From Candidatus Woesebacteria bacterium (GTDB lineage Bacteria; Patescibacteriota; Microgenomatia; UBA1400; UBA1396): a stretch of 64,000 nucleotides of DNA. Location of the stretch: contig JAJOJK010000001.1 in the NCBI GenBank assembly GCA_021208605.1, positions 5,257 to 69,256 on the forward strand. The letters are read 5' to 3'. This document shows positions 63,379 to 64,000 of this stretch, piece by piece. The position numbers were made by a program, and so were the translations under genes. Below the pieces are notes generated by a model, which ran no database searches, was not told the origin of the DNA, and worked only from the letters and a program-made list of their open reading frames with translations. Within the stretch, counting starts at the first letter, position 1; each line of letters starts with the position of its first letter.

Positions 63379-64000
63379 ATGGGTTTTTTTAGACAACGTA
63401 GTGGGATTGATAGGGGGAAACTGAATTCTGAACGAACCTTTTTCGTACCTCAAGATCACGTTCTCTCTGAGTGTATTCGATCAGATGGTTGGAATGAAAA
63501 TGAGATAGCCAGTATTCGCTATGGACTAGAAATTCATCAACAACTCAAAGAGATGAAATTAGATGCCTATAGGTTGCCGCTTATTTATTTAGGATCAGGA
63601 GGCGATCTTTTTTCAGCGTTAGCCGTCTCTGGGTCTCAAAGAATTTTCTTGATTGATCCAAATGATTTCTATTCACGCCCGGGTGAACAAAGGAATTTTG
63701 GTACTTATTCTTCTTTTCACGAAGTTTGGGAGGAAGTGGTGGGAGAAGCTAAAAAGTTTGAGAAACTACTCGCTCCAGGGCAACTGGAATATTGGAACGC
63801 ACTCTCACCTGTTCGCCGCATTGTACAAGACTTGCAAAGATTAGGAGTGCAGTTTTCAGACGTTAGCGTCGAGTATATTCCAGCCTTAGAAGCAAATCTG
63901 ACTATTACATTTCCGAATCGCAATGTAATTACTGTAACTTATATTCCAGCTACCATCGGAGCTCAAGATATTTCAGATCTTCTGTCTGAATATGATGTTT
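63379..64000 (+). CDS. Hypothetical protein with SAM-MTase-like Rossmann motif (3'-truncated; not in the ORF track)
   Basis: Open frame from ATG 63379 to the window end; 'LIYLGSGGD' and 'IFLIDP'. Confidence 0.55.
   Translation, partial: MGFFRQRSGIDRGKLNSERTFFVPQDHVLSECIRSDGWNENEIASIRYGLEIHQQLKEMKLDAYRLPLIYLGSGGDLFSALAVSGSQRIFLIDPNDFYSRPGEQRNFGTYSSFHEVWEEVVGEAKKFEKLLAPGQLEYWNALSPVRRIVQDLQRLGVQFSDVSVEYIPALEANLTITFPNRNVITVTYIPATIGAQDISDLLSEYDV

Noticed and set aside
1-64000. CRISPR array, cas genes, rRNA, introns or recoded stop codons
   Set aside because: No regularly spaced repeats, cas or rRNA motifs seen; TGA ends genes normally and long genes are not broken by in-frame TGA

Overview
Gene-dense 64 kb chromosomal segment, most likely from a Patescibacteria/CPR (Microgenomates-like) bacterium. 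This is inferred from gene content, short or leaderless 5' UTRs, the truncated AlaRS and the sortase/baseplate-J-like operon; standard code 11 is used. Core genes: rfbA, trmD, rnpB, uppP, comM-like, htrA, ctpA, rpsF-ssb-rpsR, ychF, a DHFR/thyA/dCMP-deaminase cluster, an MBOAT/SGNH pair, typA, mltG, ruvX, alaS, elp3, corA, ccdA/dsbA, argS and nrnA. Five tRNA genes are present (Glu-CTC, Gln-CTG, Arg-TCT, Arg-TCG, Lys-CTT). A ~10 kb AT-rich island is integrated at tRNA-Arg(TCT). It carries a large serine recombinase, a lone terminase small subunit, a macrodomain, an XRE regulator, a Sir2-HerA antiphage pair and a HEPN-like protein. Most interesting candidates: (1) Elp3 head-to-head with a Trm9/ALKBH8-like methyltransferase, a putative eukaryote-type mcm5U34 pathway in a bacterium; (2) the satellite-like, NAD/ADP-ribose-themed defence island; (3) a 7TM / ATP-grasp / MATCAP-like peptidase 'writer-eraser' operon; (4) a dTMP cluster with unexplained nucleotidyltransferases; (5) a shared 18-bp structured motif downstream of two different tRNAs; (6) an unannotated ~70-nt small RNA. 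Five single-base frameshifts, four in A/T homopolymers, are probably sequencing errors. All calls come from motif recognition only; no database searches were run.
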